Shown: positions 28,021 through 38,422 of the stretch, piece after piece | Layout of the letters: each line of letters begins with the position of its first letter | Numbering within the stretch: the stretch's first letter is position 1 | Assembly: GCA_965222025.1 (NCBI GenBank) | Contig: CBDCTI010000007.1 | Location: 555,339 to 619,338 of the forward strand | Direction of reading: 5' to 3' | DNA length: 64,000 nt | Source: Dehalococcoidia bacterium | Lineage (GTDB): Bacteria > Chloroflexota > Dehalococcoidia > Lucifugimonadales > UBA3495 | Made by a program: the position numbers and the translations under genes | Notes under the pieces: generated by a model | What the model was told of the DNA's origin: nothing | The model's input: only the letters and a program-made list of their open reading frames with translations | The model's database searches: none

Positions 28021-29226
28021 CTAGACAACCAGCCGGTTGTTGGCGAAAAGTCGGGCCTGGTGGCCTTCGCGCATTCTCACTGAAACCAGGGACCCCACCG
28101 TGAACTCAGCAATGTGAGGCAGCAGGCACCTTACCTCGTTGCCTGAGGGCAGCCTGACCCGGTACAGATAGAAGGCGCCATGGAATTCGCTAGCAACCAC
28201 TACTGCCTGGCTTTCGTCGTCCTCATAGCATTCAATGCAATCGGGGCGCAACATGAGCTCCAGGCGCAGATCACTGAATTCCCAGCCTCCTGTGGAAAGC
28301 CCTTCACCGTTGTGTTGTGAATCGTGCTTGCCGTTTCCGTTGGGGTGCAGGGCCCCAAGTTCGCTGGTAAGGTGATCACCCTCCACGCGAACCGGAATGA
28401 AGTCCACGTCCCCTATGAAATGGGCGACAAACTTGGACTTCGGATAGTGAAACACCGATGCTGGCGAGCCGGTCTGTTCCAGCCTGCCCTCGTTCATCAC
28501 CGCCACTTCGTCGCCGACGCTCATGGCCGCCTGCTGATCGTGGGTGACGAAAATGGTGGTAACCCCACCGGCGTGCAGGATATCCACAACATCCCGCTGC
28601 AGTTGCTCCCGCAGCTTTGCATCCAAGTTGGAAAAGGGCTCGTCCATCAACAGCACGTCCGGCTTTGGGGCCAGAGCGCGGGCAAGCGCCACTCTCTGCT
28701 GCTGGCCGCCGGACATCTCGTGGGGCATGCGCTGTCGCATCTCCGTGAGACCCACCAGCTCCAGCACTTCAGCGACGCGGCGGCCGCGGCCTGCGTCCTT
28801 GCGCAACCCGTAGCCAACGTTCTCTTCGACGGACAGGTGTGGGAAAAGTGCCCCTTCCTGGAAAACCATCCCAATTCGTCGCCGTTCGGGGGGAACGGTG
28901 CCGCTGGCGGAGCTGACAACCTGGCCGCCCATTGATATCTCGCCCTCGTCGGGTCGTTCGAACCCGGCAATCATGCGCAGGGCCGTGGTCTTTCCGCATC
29001 CACTGGGTCCAAGAAGGGAGAGGATTTGACCCGGATTCACGACCAGGTCCAGACCTGAAACCGCCTCAACCTGCCCGAACCGTTTTACCAGACCAGTGCA
29101 CCGAAGCGCTGGGCTGTCTGGAGAGAAGGTTGGAGCGGTTGTGGAGTCAGTCTGGAGAGTCGGCGGCGCGCTTACCATTACGTCAAACTTGTACTGTTCT
29201 GCTTTGAGGTGAACGCGATTATCCAA
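28021..29226 (-). CDS. ABC transporter ATP-binding protein (FbpC/PotA-type, Fe3+/polyamine class)
   Basis: GPSGCGKTT, MSGGQQQRVALARAL and LLMDEPFSNLD, plus a C-terminal TOBE-like region. The start is uncertain (alternative at 29178). Confidence 0.85.
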   Translation of the reverse strand: MDNRVHLKAEQYKFDVMVSAPPTLQTDSTTAPTFSPDSPALRCTGLVKRFGQVEAVSGLDLVVNPGQILSLLGPSGCGKTTALRMIAGFERPDEGEISMGGQVVSSASGTVPPERRRIGMVFQEGALFPHLSVEENVGYGLRKDAGRGRRVAEVLELVGLTEMRQRMPHEMSGGQQQRVALARALAPKPDVLLMDEPFSNLDAKLREQLQRDVVDILHAGGVTTIFVTHDQQAAMSVGDEVAVMNEGRLEQTGSPASVFHYPKSKFVAHFIGDVDFIPVRVEGDHLTSELGALHPNGNGKHDSQHNGEGLSTGGWEFSDLRLELMLRPDCIECYEDDESQAVVVASEFHGAFYLYRVRLPSGNEVRCLLPHIAEFTVGSLVSVRMREGHQARLFANNRLVV

Positions 29227-29422
29227 GAATGGAAACGATTATTGCGTCTGTCAATAGGAGCGATTGCGGCCCAGTGTAAAGACTGCCCATTGGCCTGTCA
29301 ATCATTCGGGTTACTTCGTAATTTGTTTCCACACACCGTGTCCGATTACCCTTGTTTTTGCTGAATGCAAGGTGTTCCGAGCGATTCGTGTATACTTATT
29401 CAGACGAATCGCTTGCACATAA

Positions 29423-31066
29423 ATGCACCCCCTTTCCATCTGTTTTCTCTCGAACATTCCGATGAAGAACCCTTTCGCCATCGCCGCTCGGATCGGCCCT
29501 GCGGCGATGAACGCTCCCCCGGTCATACTGATACCGGCCCTTCTGGTGGGCGCAGCCCTGTTGCTGCCGCCGGTATATCTGCTGGTCCGCTCTTTGGGTG
29601 GAGGCAGCGAGCTCTGGGACCTGCTGTTTCGTCCCAGGGTGGCAAGCATCCTGGGGCGAACGCTGCTGCTGGTGGCTGCCGTAACCGCCGGCTCTGTGAT
29701 CATAGCCCTGCCCCTGGCCTGGCTGACGGTCCGGACGGACCTGCCCCTGCGTCGCACCTGGGCGGTGTTGACCTCCCTTCCGCTGGTGATCCCCAGTTAC
29801 GTGGCCGGCTTCGTAGTCGTCGTTGCCCTAGGGCCGCGGGGAATGCTGCAGGGCGCCCTCGAGGGCCCCTTCGGAATCGAGCGGCTACCCAGCATCTACG
29901 GCTTTGCTGGAGCGATGCTGACCCTGACCTTCCTCAGCTACCCCTACGTGACGCTGACACTTCGCGCCGCGCTGGAGCGCATGGATCCCGCACTCGAAGA
30001 GTCGGCAAGGGGGCTGGGGCTGGGGCCCGTTGCAACGTTCTTCCGCGTGGTGACTCCCCTGCTCCGGCCAGCCGTCGGTGCTGGCGCACTGCTGGTGGGG
30101 CTCTACACACTGAGTGATTTCGGCGCTGTCTCGCTCCTTCGATACGAGACCTTTACCTGGGCAATATTCAGCCAGTACGAGTCTTCCCTGGATCGCACCC
30201 TTGGCGCAGGAATGTCCTTGGTGTTGGTGGCCCTGGCCTTAGCGCTGGTGGCAGCGGAATTCGTCAGCAGGGGCCGCAGCCGCTACTACTCAGCGTCTTC
30301 CGGCACCGTTCGCCCTGCTTCCATCGTGCGGCTGGGACGATGGCGGTGGCCTGCCGTGGGGCTGTGCGGCGCACTGACCGCACTGGCCCTCGGACTCCCC
30401 GTGGGCATCCTCGTCTACTGGGTGGTACGGGGAGTCTTGGCCGGGGAGCCGCTGGATCCGCTGTGGACCGCGACGCGCAACTCCGTTTACATCTCTGCCT
30501 TGGCGGCCCTGGCGGCCACCGCCGCAGCGTTGCCCGTCGGCCTGCTGTCGGTGAGGCATCCCGGTGTATTGAGCGGCTTACTGGAGCGGCTGGGCTATGT
30601 CAGCTTCGCTTTGCCTGGCATCGCCATCGCCCTGGCGCTGGTGTTCTTCGGCGCCAACTACGTCCCCTTCATCTACCAGACCATCGGCTTGCTCCTGCTG
30701 GGGTACATGGCGCTGTTTCTTTCGCCCGCACTCGGTGCCGTCAGAGCCACGTTGCTACAGATCAATCCCAGCCTGGAAGAGGCCGCCCGGGGGCTGGGCC
30801 GGTCCCCCTTGCGAGCCTTCGCCTCCGTGACGTTGCCCGTCTCTCGCCCAGGAATAGTTGCCGGTGCATCGCTGGTGTTCCTGCTTACCATGAAGGAACT
30901 GCCAGCCACGCTCATACTTAGCCCCACCGGCTTCACCACCTTGGCGACCTCGGTGTGGTCGTACACCTCGGAAGCCTTCTTCGCCCGGGCCGCCATGCCC
31001 TCCCTGCTACTGATCATCGTATCCGGCGTCCCGCTGGCCCTGCTCATGCTCCGCGAGCGCCGCTGA
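29423..31066 (+). CDS. Fe3+-type ABC transporter permease, duplicated two-domain form (FbpB-like)
   Basis: 547 aa with two tandem MetI-like permease halves (12 or more TM). An alternative start lies at 29462. Confidence 0.8.
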   Translation: MHPLSICFLSNIPMKNPFAIAARIGPAAMNAPPVILIPALLVGAALLLPPVYLLVRSLGGGSELWDLLFRPRVASILGRTLLLVAAVTAGSVIIALPLAWLTVRTDLPLRRTWAVLTSLPLVIPSYVAGFVVVVALGPRGMLQGALEGPFGIERLPSIYGFAGAMLTLTFLSYPYVTLTLRAALERMDPALEESARGLGLGPVATFFRVVTPLLRPAVGAGALLVGLYTLSDFGAVSLLRYETFTWAIFSQYESSLDRTLGAGMSLVLVALALALVAAEFVSRGRSRYYSASSGTVRPASIVRLGRWRWPAVGLCGALTALALGLPVGILVYWVVRGVLAGEPLDPLWTATRNSVYISALAALAATAAALPVGLLSVRHPGVLSGLLERLGYVSFALPGIAIALALVFFGANYVPFIYQTIGLLLLGYMALFLSPALGAVRATLLQINPSLEEAARGLGRSPLRAFASVTLPVSRPGIVAGASLVFLLTMKELPATLILSPTGFTTLATSVWSYTSEAFFARAAMPSLLLIIVSGVPLALLMLRERR

Positions 31067-31293
31067 TCCCACGCCGCCAGCCCCAGGAGGCTCGGGAAAA
31101 TGAATATCCTCCACCTCGCAAACCCGGGCTCAGAACTCTGATGAGTTACAGCGCGACAAAAGGCCCCGAATTGACCGCAGCCTCCTGGAGCGACAAACCG
31201 CCGGTCCCAGCCGCTGCCAAGTCTCCGCTCTCGCGACCCCTGCTATAATCTGCAACTACGACTTAACGCGCTCAAAGAGCGGGAGATGCGAAC

Positions 31294-32577
31294 TTGAGCG
31301 ACCCTACCGACAGCCTGACGGTCATAATTCCGGGCAAACTCATCGACGGCGTGCGCGACACCCCACAGGAAGGCATGGCCGTAGGAATCAGCCAGGGCCG
31401 AATCCTGTGGATCGGGCGGCGCGGCGACGTTGAGAGCTCCCAGAGCGATGCTCCTCGAGTAATTCTCGACTACCCCGACGCCACTCTTATGCCCGGACTG
31501 TTCGACCTCCACACCCACACCAACATGCCAGGCGACGGTCGCACCGGCGAAGAGGTCGACAACGACGATTCCGACGACATCCGCCTCCTGCGTTCTGCTC
31601 GGAACGTTGGGGATGCACTGGCCACCGGAGTCACATCACTCTGCGATTGCGGCTCTTGGAACGATACCGCCTTCTCGCTGAAGGAAGGCTTGGGGCAGGG
31701 CCTCTTTGCCGGGTCGAGAACCCTCGTGTCCGGACCTCCCCTGACCATCACCGGCGGCCACCTGTGGTTCATGGGTGGCGAGACCGACGGGACAGATGGC
31801 ATCCGCGCCACCGTCCGCGAGCGCGTTAAGCAGGGAGCCGACTTTATAAAGGTCGCGGCTTCGGGTGGTAGCACGCTTACCAGCGACCCCTATCGTGCCT
31901 CGTTCTCCCTCGAAGAACTGCGAGCCCTGGTGGACGAAGCCCACAACCGCAACAAGCCCGTGCTCGCCCACTGCCGCTGCACTGAGTCCATCAACTTCGC
32001 CCTCGACGCCGGAGTCGATGCTATCCTTCACTGCTTCTTCACCGACTCCGATGGCTCCTACCGTTACGACGAACCCACCGCCGACCGGCTGGCCGAGTCT
32101 CAGGTGTACCTCAACCCGACCATGCACCTCGGCCGTGTGTCCCGCGCCCACCTGGAGCGCATCCGCCAGCAGCGGCCCTTTACGCCCGCAGAAGAGGTGC
32201 GCTGGGAGCGGTCCAACCGGATGGGCGGCACGTCGATGGAGCAGTTTCGGCAGCTGGTCAGCGCGGGCGTGCGGTTGGCCGGCGGGTCCGACTGCGGCTG
32301 GGGCAGTTACCCCTTCGGCGACTTCCAGGGCGAAGTCATCGCCATGCGCGACGCCGGGCTGAATCCGATGCAGGCGATCCAGGCGGGCACGCGCAACCCC
32401 GCCACAGCAGTGGGGGTGCTGGACGAGACCGGCACCATCGAGCCTGGAAAGTCGGCCGACCTGCTGGTCGTGGACGGAGATCCCACAGCAGATGTCGAGG
32501 CTCTCCGCCGCGTCCGGGCGGTCTTCAAGCACGGAGTCGAGGTGGACTCAGCCCGCCCCGCGATCAACGCCGGCTGA
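31294..32577 (+). CDS. amidohydrolase family metal-dependent hydrolase
   Basis: PGLFDLHTHT metal motif, a KVAASGG region, HC...D ligands and 427 aa. TTG start, with a tataat box about 45 nt upstream. Confidence 0.75.
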   Translation: MSDPTDSLTVIIPGKLIDGVRDTPQEGMAVGISQGRILWIGRRGDVESSQSDAPRVILDYPDATLMPGLFDLHTHTNMPGDGRTGEEVDNDDSDDIRLLRSARNVGDALATGVTSLCDCGSWNDTAFSLKEGLGQGLFAGSRTLVSGPPLTITGGHLWFMGGETDGTDGIRATVRERVKQGADFIKVAASGGSTLTSDPYRASFSLEELRALVDEAHNRNKPVLAHCRCTESINFALDAGVDAILHCFFTDSDGSYRYDEPTADRLAESQVYLNPTMHLGRVSRAHLERIRQQRPFTPAEEVRWERSNRMGGTSMEQFRQLVSAGVRLAGGSDCGWGSYPFGDFQGEVIAMRDAGLNPMQAIQAGTRNPATAVGVLDETGTIEPGKSADLLVVDGDPTADVEALRRVRAVFKHGVEVDSARPAINAG

Positions 32578-32603
32578 GCCACGGCGGGTCCAGGTACTCA
32601 ACG

Positions 32604-32987
32604 ATGCATCACTGGGAAGTTGGCGGCGACATTCACATAGGCTGGCCGGACTACAACGTCTCCGAACGGGCTTACACCCTGGTGGAGTTCGACCTCTACG
32701 GGCCCGTGTTCCGAGGCCGGGTGTCCGACCCCACCAATGACGGGCGCCAAGGCGGTTTCCTCGTGGTCTTCGGTTGCCCGGATGTTGTCCTCGACATGCT
32801 TGCCGAGCAGGCCACCCAGAAGCTCGGCTTCAAGGTGGTGGTCTCCGACCTGCGATGCAGCATCGAAGGCAACACCCTTCACAGCTTCGACTACGAGTGG
32901 TACCCCACGCCCGAATTCGCCGACCGTCCCGGCGACCTCGCCCGCACCATCGCCGAGTCCCTTGAGCAGATGCGCGGCGGCGGCTGA
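32604..32987 (+). CDS. hypothetical protein
   Basis: 127-aa ORF with GC-rich third positions. No family recognised. Confidence 0.45.
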   Translation: MHHWEVGGDIHIGWPDYNVSERAYTLVEFDLYGPVFRGRVSDPTNDGRQGGFLVVFGCPDVVLDMLAEQATQKLGFKVVVSDLRCSIEGNTLHSFDYEWYPTPEFADRPGDLARTIAESLEQMRGGG

Positions 32988-33689
32988 ACAATATGGACCA
33001 ATTCACAACTCCTCTCCTGTAAGGCAGACCCGGGCAGAAGCGAAGGCCCAGGAGTGGCGATCCACCACTGGGCCTCTTGTCTGCTACGGCGTTATCGGCA
33101 CCCTCGCGAAGCTTTAGCGCGAATCCGGCTTATGGTGCGGAAACCTCGGCGCCAGGACGGAAACGGGTCGCGCAGCTGAGAGCGGTCTCAATCCTTCAGT
33201 CGCAATCACCTGAGTATTTACTCGCGTGACGACGGCTCTGACCCGAACGGGGCACGTGCCGACTTCTCTCTTCCCGTGTTCAACTACGGCGGCTTGTGGG
33301 CAGGACTTGGAAACGATAGAACAGTCCTCTCGCATCCTGGGATCTGCTGAGACTGCTCCTCCGTCGACTATTGCGTCATGCGCTTCCCTAGACGCCGGCA
33401 GTGTTAGAGCGCAGAGCGGTTTGTTACGAAATACGTACTTGAATTAATAATTTTATATCAAAGAATTTTTATAAACTTATTACTTCTAAGCTGTTTGATA
33501 GACAATTTACAGCGTCCATGTTATTTTGTCGTATCTTTTTATAGTCGGGGTAGCCACATAACCGCAACTTTTTAGCAGCCTTGTGTCGTAACCCGAGGTG
33601 AAAAGGTGCCGCGCTGACCGGCGCGGGTGAGACTTGAGGAGAAAGATGGGAATCACAACGTAAAATCAAGCCGGTTCAGGAAGGATTGT

Positions 33690-35513
33690 ATGTCCAATAA
33701 ACCTGTTGGTCTTATTGTAAGAACAGTTATCCTCTCCACTGTATTGATGCTGGTGTTTATGGTCGCCTGCGGGGGCGAGAGTTCACCCGAGGCAACCGAC
33801 GCGCCTGCTGCCACCTCGGCTCCCGCCGCAACTTCCGCCCCTGCCGCGACGACGGCCATGACGGCCACCGAAGAACCAACTCCCACGGCACGGCCCGCCA
33901 GGGCCACCGCGACCCCAGTGCCTGTGGGGGCCCCAACCCCGACTACCGCACCGATAGTCACCAGTTCTACCGGGCGGCTGGTCGCTTCCCTCGGGACCCT
34001 TTTCGTAGAGACCAATATCCCCTGGGGATTCTGCATGCTCCAGATGAGCAAACGACCGGCCTACGAGAACCTGATTGGTGTCGACCGGTACAACGGCGCG
34101 CTGATACCGGAACTGTCGCCTGAATGGTCGTTGAGCGAAGACGGCTTGGCTTGGAGCTTCAAGCTGCGTGAGGGCATCCCCTTCCACCATGGCTACGGCG
34201 AGTTTACCGCCGAGGACGTGAAGCACCAGGTCGCCATGGTAACCCAGGAAGGGTCCGAGTCCTGCGAAGCCAATCCTTACCGTGAAACCATTGACAATGT
34301 CGAGGTGGTGGACGACTACAACGTGATTTTCCACCAGAAGAAGCCGGACAGCTTCACCGTCGAGTTCTACAACTTCGGTGGACACGGCACGTCCGCCGCG
34401 ATGAGCAAGAGACAGTACGACGAGGGCGGCGAGGAAGCTTACGGCAGGCAGATCGTGTCAACCGGCCCCTACCAGTACATTTCCAGGAACCTAGGCGAGT
34501 CCATCCTGTACGAGCGCATACCGGACCACTGGCGAAAGACCCCGGATTTCGAGGAACTGCAATTGTACTTCGTGGCCGAGGAGGCCACCCGCCTGGCCAC
34601 ACTCCTGGCCGATGAAGCTCACATAGTTGTCCTGCCTCAGGATTTGCAGCAGACCGCTATATCAGAGGGATATCAGCCTCAGTTGAGCAGTCTCCCCGCT
34701 GTGGGGTACAGCTTCTTCTTTGGCGGGCAGTACTACGGCATGACCAACGATGAAGGGCAGGATATCCAGGGGACTGATCCCTGGGTCGGTCTGAATGACA
34801 ATGCCCGAAAGGTTCGGCAGGCCATGAACATGGCCATCAACAAGGAGGAGTTGCACAGAGAGATATTCCAGGGGCGGGGAGAGAGGCAGTGGGTCTATGG
34901 TTACCACGGCTCCCTGCTGGGCTGGAACCCGGAATGGGAAGAAAAGGGCCCGGAACTCTACAACTATAACCCGGAACGGGCCAAGGAACTGATGCAGGAA
35001 GCTGGATACGAGGACGGCTTCAAGCTGATTTCCATCCTGATTCCTCACGACCTGGTGTCGGAACAGATTCAGGTCATTGAGCTCATCGATCTCTATATGC
35101 AGGAGATCGGCATCGAGACCGAATTCCAGCAACTCGATATCGGAAACTGGGTCCCCATGTTCCGCAACCGCGAAACCGTCGGCAACATCCATCCCAACTC
35201 GGGTTCGTACCGCGACCCCCAGTTCACGATCTCTTCCTACAACACCAACTGGAGCATCGTGGCCTCGTTCGTGACTCCCTTTATCGACCAGAAATGGGAT
35301 GAGTTGACTCAGGCCACCAGCCCGGCAGACCGGGACCGCGTCATGATGGACATCGGGAATCATATGTTCGACGAGTTTGCCTCGATGCCCCTGTTCTGGT
35401 TCCCGGCGGTGGTGATGCTGAATACAGACGTGGTGGCCGAATACGCTTTCCCCGGAAACCGCAGGGAAATCTTCAGCCACATGGAGTTCGCGAAAGCGGC
35501 CGACACCCAGTAA
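33690..35513 (+). CDS. ABC transporter substrate-binding lipoprotein, family 5 (peptide/nickel type)
   Basis: Lipobox FMVACGG followed by an Ala/Thr/Pro linker. The length (about 607 aa) and body are typical of DppA/OppA/NikA-class binding proteins. Confidence 0.8.
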   Translation: MSNKPVGLIVRTVILSTVLMLVFMVACGGESSPEATDAPAATSAPAATSAPAATTAMTATEEPTPTARPARATATPVPVGAPTPTTAPIVTSSTGRLVASLGTLFVETNIPWGFCMLQMSKRPAYENLIGVDRYNGALIPELSPEWSLSEDGLAWSFKLREGIPFHHGYGEFTAEDVKHQVAMVTQEGSESCEANPYRETIDNVEVVDDYNVIFHQKKPDSFTVEFYNFGGHGTSAAMSKRQYDEGGEEAYGRQIVSTGPYQYISRNLGESILYERIPDHWRKTPDFEELQLYFVAEEATRLATLLADEAHIVVLPQDLQQTAISEGYQPQLSSLPAVGYSFFFGGQYYGMTNDEGQDIQGTDPWVGLNDNARKVRQAMNMAINKEELHREIFQGRGERQWVYGYHGSLLGWNPEWEEKGPELYNYNPERAKELMQEAGYEDGFKLISILIPHDLVSEQIQVIELIDLYMQEIGIETEFQQLDIGNWVPMFRNRETVGNIHPNSGSYRDPQFTISSYNTNWSIVASFVTPFIDQKWDELTQATSPADRDRVMMDIGNHMFDEFASMPLFWFPAVVMLNTDVVAEYAFPGNRREIFSHMEFAKAADTQ

Positions 35514-35598
35514 CCTCCGCCCCATTCGCAAAATATCCCAAGTTCGAAATGTGGACTATGGTTAGTCCACATTTCTATTCCGGGCAAGGCACTCGAGA

Positions 35599-36519
35599 AT
35601 GCAGAGATTCATCCTGGTAAGGCTGTTCCATGCGGTGATTGCCCTTTGGGTAATCACGGTGGTCGTCTTTGTCCTGGTTCGTTTCAGTGGCAGTCCCGTC
35701 GACGCGTTGGCTCCAGCTGAGGGAAGGGTCGAGGACCTGATAAAACTGGAAGAATATTGGGGCCTTGACAAGCCCCTGATTGTTCAATATTTCGACTACA
35801 TGGGGAAAATTTTCCAGGGACAGCTGGGGGACTCTTACAAATGGCGTGGAACAACGGTGGCGGAGTTGATCGCAACGCGACTTCCCGCGACCGCCCAGCT
35901 GGCCGGCGTTGCGCTGCTGATCAGCATTGTCATCGCGGTCCCTATGGGCGTATTTGCTGCCATCAAACGCGATTCCTTCATGGACAGCGGAGGCAAGGGA
36001 TTCGCCATGATAGGGCAAGCGGTACCTCCTTTCTGGCTTGGAATCATCCTCATCTGGATTCTCGCGGTCAAGCTGGATGTCTTTCCCACATCCGGCAAGG
36101 GGGGCATCAGCCACATCGTCCTCCCGGCAATAACCATGGGCTGGTTCCAGGTGGCGGCCATCATGCGCCTGGTGCGGTCGTCCATGCTGGACACGCTGGA
36201 TAGCGAATACGTCAATTTGGCCAGGGTGAAGGGCATACCGGAACGGAAGGTGATCTGGAAACATTGCCTGAGAAATGCCTCAGTGGCCCCGCTAACCTAT
36301 TTCGGAGTGATATCCGCCGCCATCCTGGTGGGATCAATAACCACCGAGACGGTCTTTGCCTGGCCCGGATTGGGGCGGCTGGTTCTGGAAGCCACCCTGA
36401 GCCGAGATTACGCAGTGGTTCAGGCGGTGGTGCTGCTGTTTGCGGGTATGTACATCATGGGCAATCTGATAGTAGACATTCTGTATGCCTACCTGGACCC
36501 CCGTATAAGGTTCAACTGA
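35599..36519 (+). CDS. ABC transporter permease (DppB/OppB-like)
   Basis: 306 aa. N-terminus MQRFILVRLFHAVIALWVITVVVF and the EAA-loop region are typical. Confidence 0.88.
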   Translation: MQRFILVRLFHAVIALWVITVVVFVLVRFSGSPVDALAPAEGRVEDLIKLEEYWGLDKPLIVQYFDYMGKIFQGQLGDSYKWRGTTVAELIATRLPATAQLAGVALLISIVIAVPMGVFAAIKRDSFMDSGGKGFAMIGQAVPPFWLGIILIWILAVKLDVFPTSGKGGISHIVLPAITMGWFQVAAIMRLVRSSMLDTLDSEYVNLARVKGIPERKVIWKHCLRNASVAPLTYFGVISAAILVGSITTETVFAWPGLGRLVLEATLSRDYAVVQAVVLLFAGMYIMGNLIVDILYAYLDPRIRFN

Positions 36520-36644
36520 CCGCATGTCTGGGCCTCACTTGATTACCACAGCAATTCCGACCCAAATCGTTACAACTCATCTGGCCATAGCTCCGCCTCC
36601 GGTGCCAGGGCGCTATAAGTCAGATAGGGCAGGGCTATAGGCTT

Positions 36645-37529
36645 ATGGAAGGCACGTTTGAGCGTTCCACCCTTCGACGGCTGGCGATCACAGCCGGCGA
36701 GGTTCGTCGGTACCCGCTGTTGCCAATCACCGTATTGCTGGTCTTCCTGGTTCTCCCCGGCATCTTTGCCAACCAGGCCGCTCCCCATCCCCCAACGAGC
36801 GGCAGTGCCAGCAACCGCCTGGTTCCCCCGGTGTGGCTGGAGGGGGGTACGTGGACCCATCCGTTGGGCACCGACAAAATAGGGCGCGACATCCTGAGCC
36901 GGATAATCCACGGCGCTCGCATATCGCTGGTGGTCGCGCTGGTATCCATTGCCATTGGCGCCACGGTCGGTGTCACCCTGGGGCTGGTTGCCGGATATTT
37001 TGGCGGGAATGTTGACCACCTCATTATGAGGCTGGTCGATTTCACCCTGGCGTTGCCTTCCATTCTGCTGGCCCTGGTGCTGGCCACGGTGATGAGGCCG
37101 GGGTTTTCCAGCGTCGTCATCATAATTGCCCTGGTAATCTGGGCCCGGTATGCGCGCATGGTCCGGGCTGAGACGCTCGCAGTCAAAGAGCTGGACTTTA
37201 TCGCTAGGGCCAAGGTCGCCGGCAATTCAAACTTGCGCATCATGTTCCGGCATGTCTTTCCCAACGTGGTGAACAGCCTGATCGTGCTGGCTACCCTGGA
37301 GGTAGGGCAGGTCATCATTTTCGAAGCGTCTCTCAGCTTCCTCGGAGTGGGCATTCCGCCGCCCCGACCGGCCTGGGGACTGATGGTGGCAGACGGGCGG
37401 GTCTTGGTGATAACGGCCTGGTGGGTTTCCTTCTTCCCAGGCTTGGCCATCCTGCTTACCGTGCTATCCATGAATCTGCTGGGTGACTGGGTCAGGGACA
37501 AGCTGGATCCTCGGCTGAGAAATCTGTAG
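36645..37529 (+). CDS. ABC transporter permease (DppC/OppC-like)
   Basis: 294 aa. [24 protein letters not shown] is the OppC N-terminal signature. Confidence 0.88.
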   Translation: MEGTFERSTLRRLAITAGEVRRYPLLPITVLLVFLVLPGIFANQAAPHPPTSGSASNRLVPPVWLEGGTWTHPLGTDKIGRDILSRIIHGARISLVVALVSIAIGATVGVTLGLVAGYFGGNVDHLIMRLVDFTLALPSILLALVLATVMRPGFSSVVIIIALVIWARYARMVRAETLAVKELDFIARAKVAGNSNLRIMFRHVFPNVVNSLIVLATLEVGQVIIFEASLSFLGVGIPPPRPAWGLMVADGRVLVITAWWVSFFPGLAILLTVLSMNLLGDWVRDKLDPRLRNL

Positions 37530-37914
37530 CCGTCCGAACCGCGCGACCGACAGCCCGCGTTTGCATGTATCAAGGAACGCACCCACACGATTCTCAACTA
37601 CCTTCTCGGTCTAAAACGAAGAGTGGCGCACCAACTGCCGGCCGGTCGAGTGTACGCCTCAATTCATGCGGAAGCTTCGGCCCTTCAGCCCATGCCAGGC
37701 AACGCCTGGAACCCTGAGTTCGGTCTTGAAGGGCAGTAGAGGGCACGGCGAACCCATGGACGAAACCTTCAAACTACTCGGGGGGTCCAGTCGTCTCAGC
37801 AGCCATCCGTAGCTGGACTACGCCGCCGGGCAAAGGTATCATTATGGGCAGTCAGAATATCGCCGAACCGCCACCACCGATGGCGTAAGACGGCGCACTG
37901 CAGGAGAGTAACCA

Positions 37915-38298
37915 ATGAAGAAAGTCACCATGGGCGACATTCCCCGGACCCCGGCTGACATGGCCCCCCTCGGTAGCGGCGGACTGATGACTGGGAGCCA
38001 GGTCTGGCGCCAGTCCATCCTGAACGCCGAAGACTCAAACAACTTCAACTTCGCCATCGTCGCCTTTGACGCCGGCTCTCGCAACAAGTTCCACAAGCAC
38101 TCCGGCGACCAGATCCTGGTAGTCACCGAGGGCAAGGGCAAGGTTGCCTCAGACGATGAGGTTCTCGAAGTCGCTGAAGGCGACGTCGTTGTCATTCCGG
38201 CCGGTGAGAACCACTGGCACGGTGCTCCCGACGACACGGGCATGGCCCACATCACCATCACCGTCAAGGGCAGCCAGACCGAGCAGACCGAGGCCTAG
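37915..38298 (+). CDS. cupin domain protein
   Basis: Cupin motifs HKHSGDQILVVTEG and PAGENHWHGA. Confidence 0.8.
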   Translation: MKKVTMGDIPRTPADMAPLGSGGLMTGSQVWRQSILNAEDSNNFNFAIVAFDAGSRNKFHKHSGDQILVVTEGKGKVASDDEVLEVAEGDVVVIPAGENHWHGAPDDTGMAHITITVKGSQTEQTEA

Positions 38299-38330
38299 TC
38301 CTCACCCAGACCTAGCGCGCACCATACGAA

Positions 38331-38364
38331 CAGCCCCGGAGCTTTCCGGGGCTGTTTCTTTTTG
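38331..38364 (+). terminator. rho-independent terminator
   Basis: 10-bp stem cagccccgga/tccggggctg, loop gctt, then tttcttttt. Confidence 0.85.
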
Positions 38365-38422
38365 AATCGATAAAGTCGCAGATTCTTTTAGTTCACTGTG
38401 CCGGGATGACACCGTCCCGCCG

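Noticed and set aside
33111-33140. gaatccggcttatgg resembles the conserved ...ACAGAACCCGGCTTATCGG segment near the 3' end of bacterial RNase P RNA
   Set aside because: No GAGGAAAGTCCGGGC-type 5' conserved region lies in the ~350 nt upstream, which is mostly a protein ORF. An isolated 9-10-nt match is insufficient.
33590-33650. ggtgaaaaggtgcc...gggaa resembles pieces of a cobalamin riboswitch upstream of a nickel/peptide-type transporter
   Set aside because: The elements are in the wrong order, and there is no B12 box (gccactg-like). I could not build the conserved core by eye.
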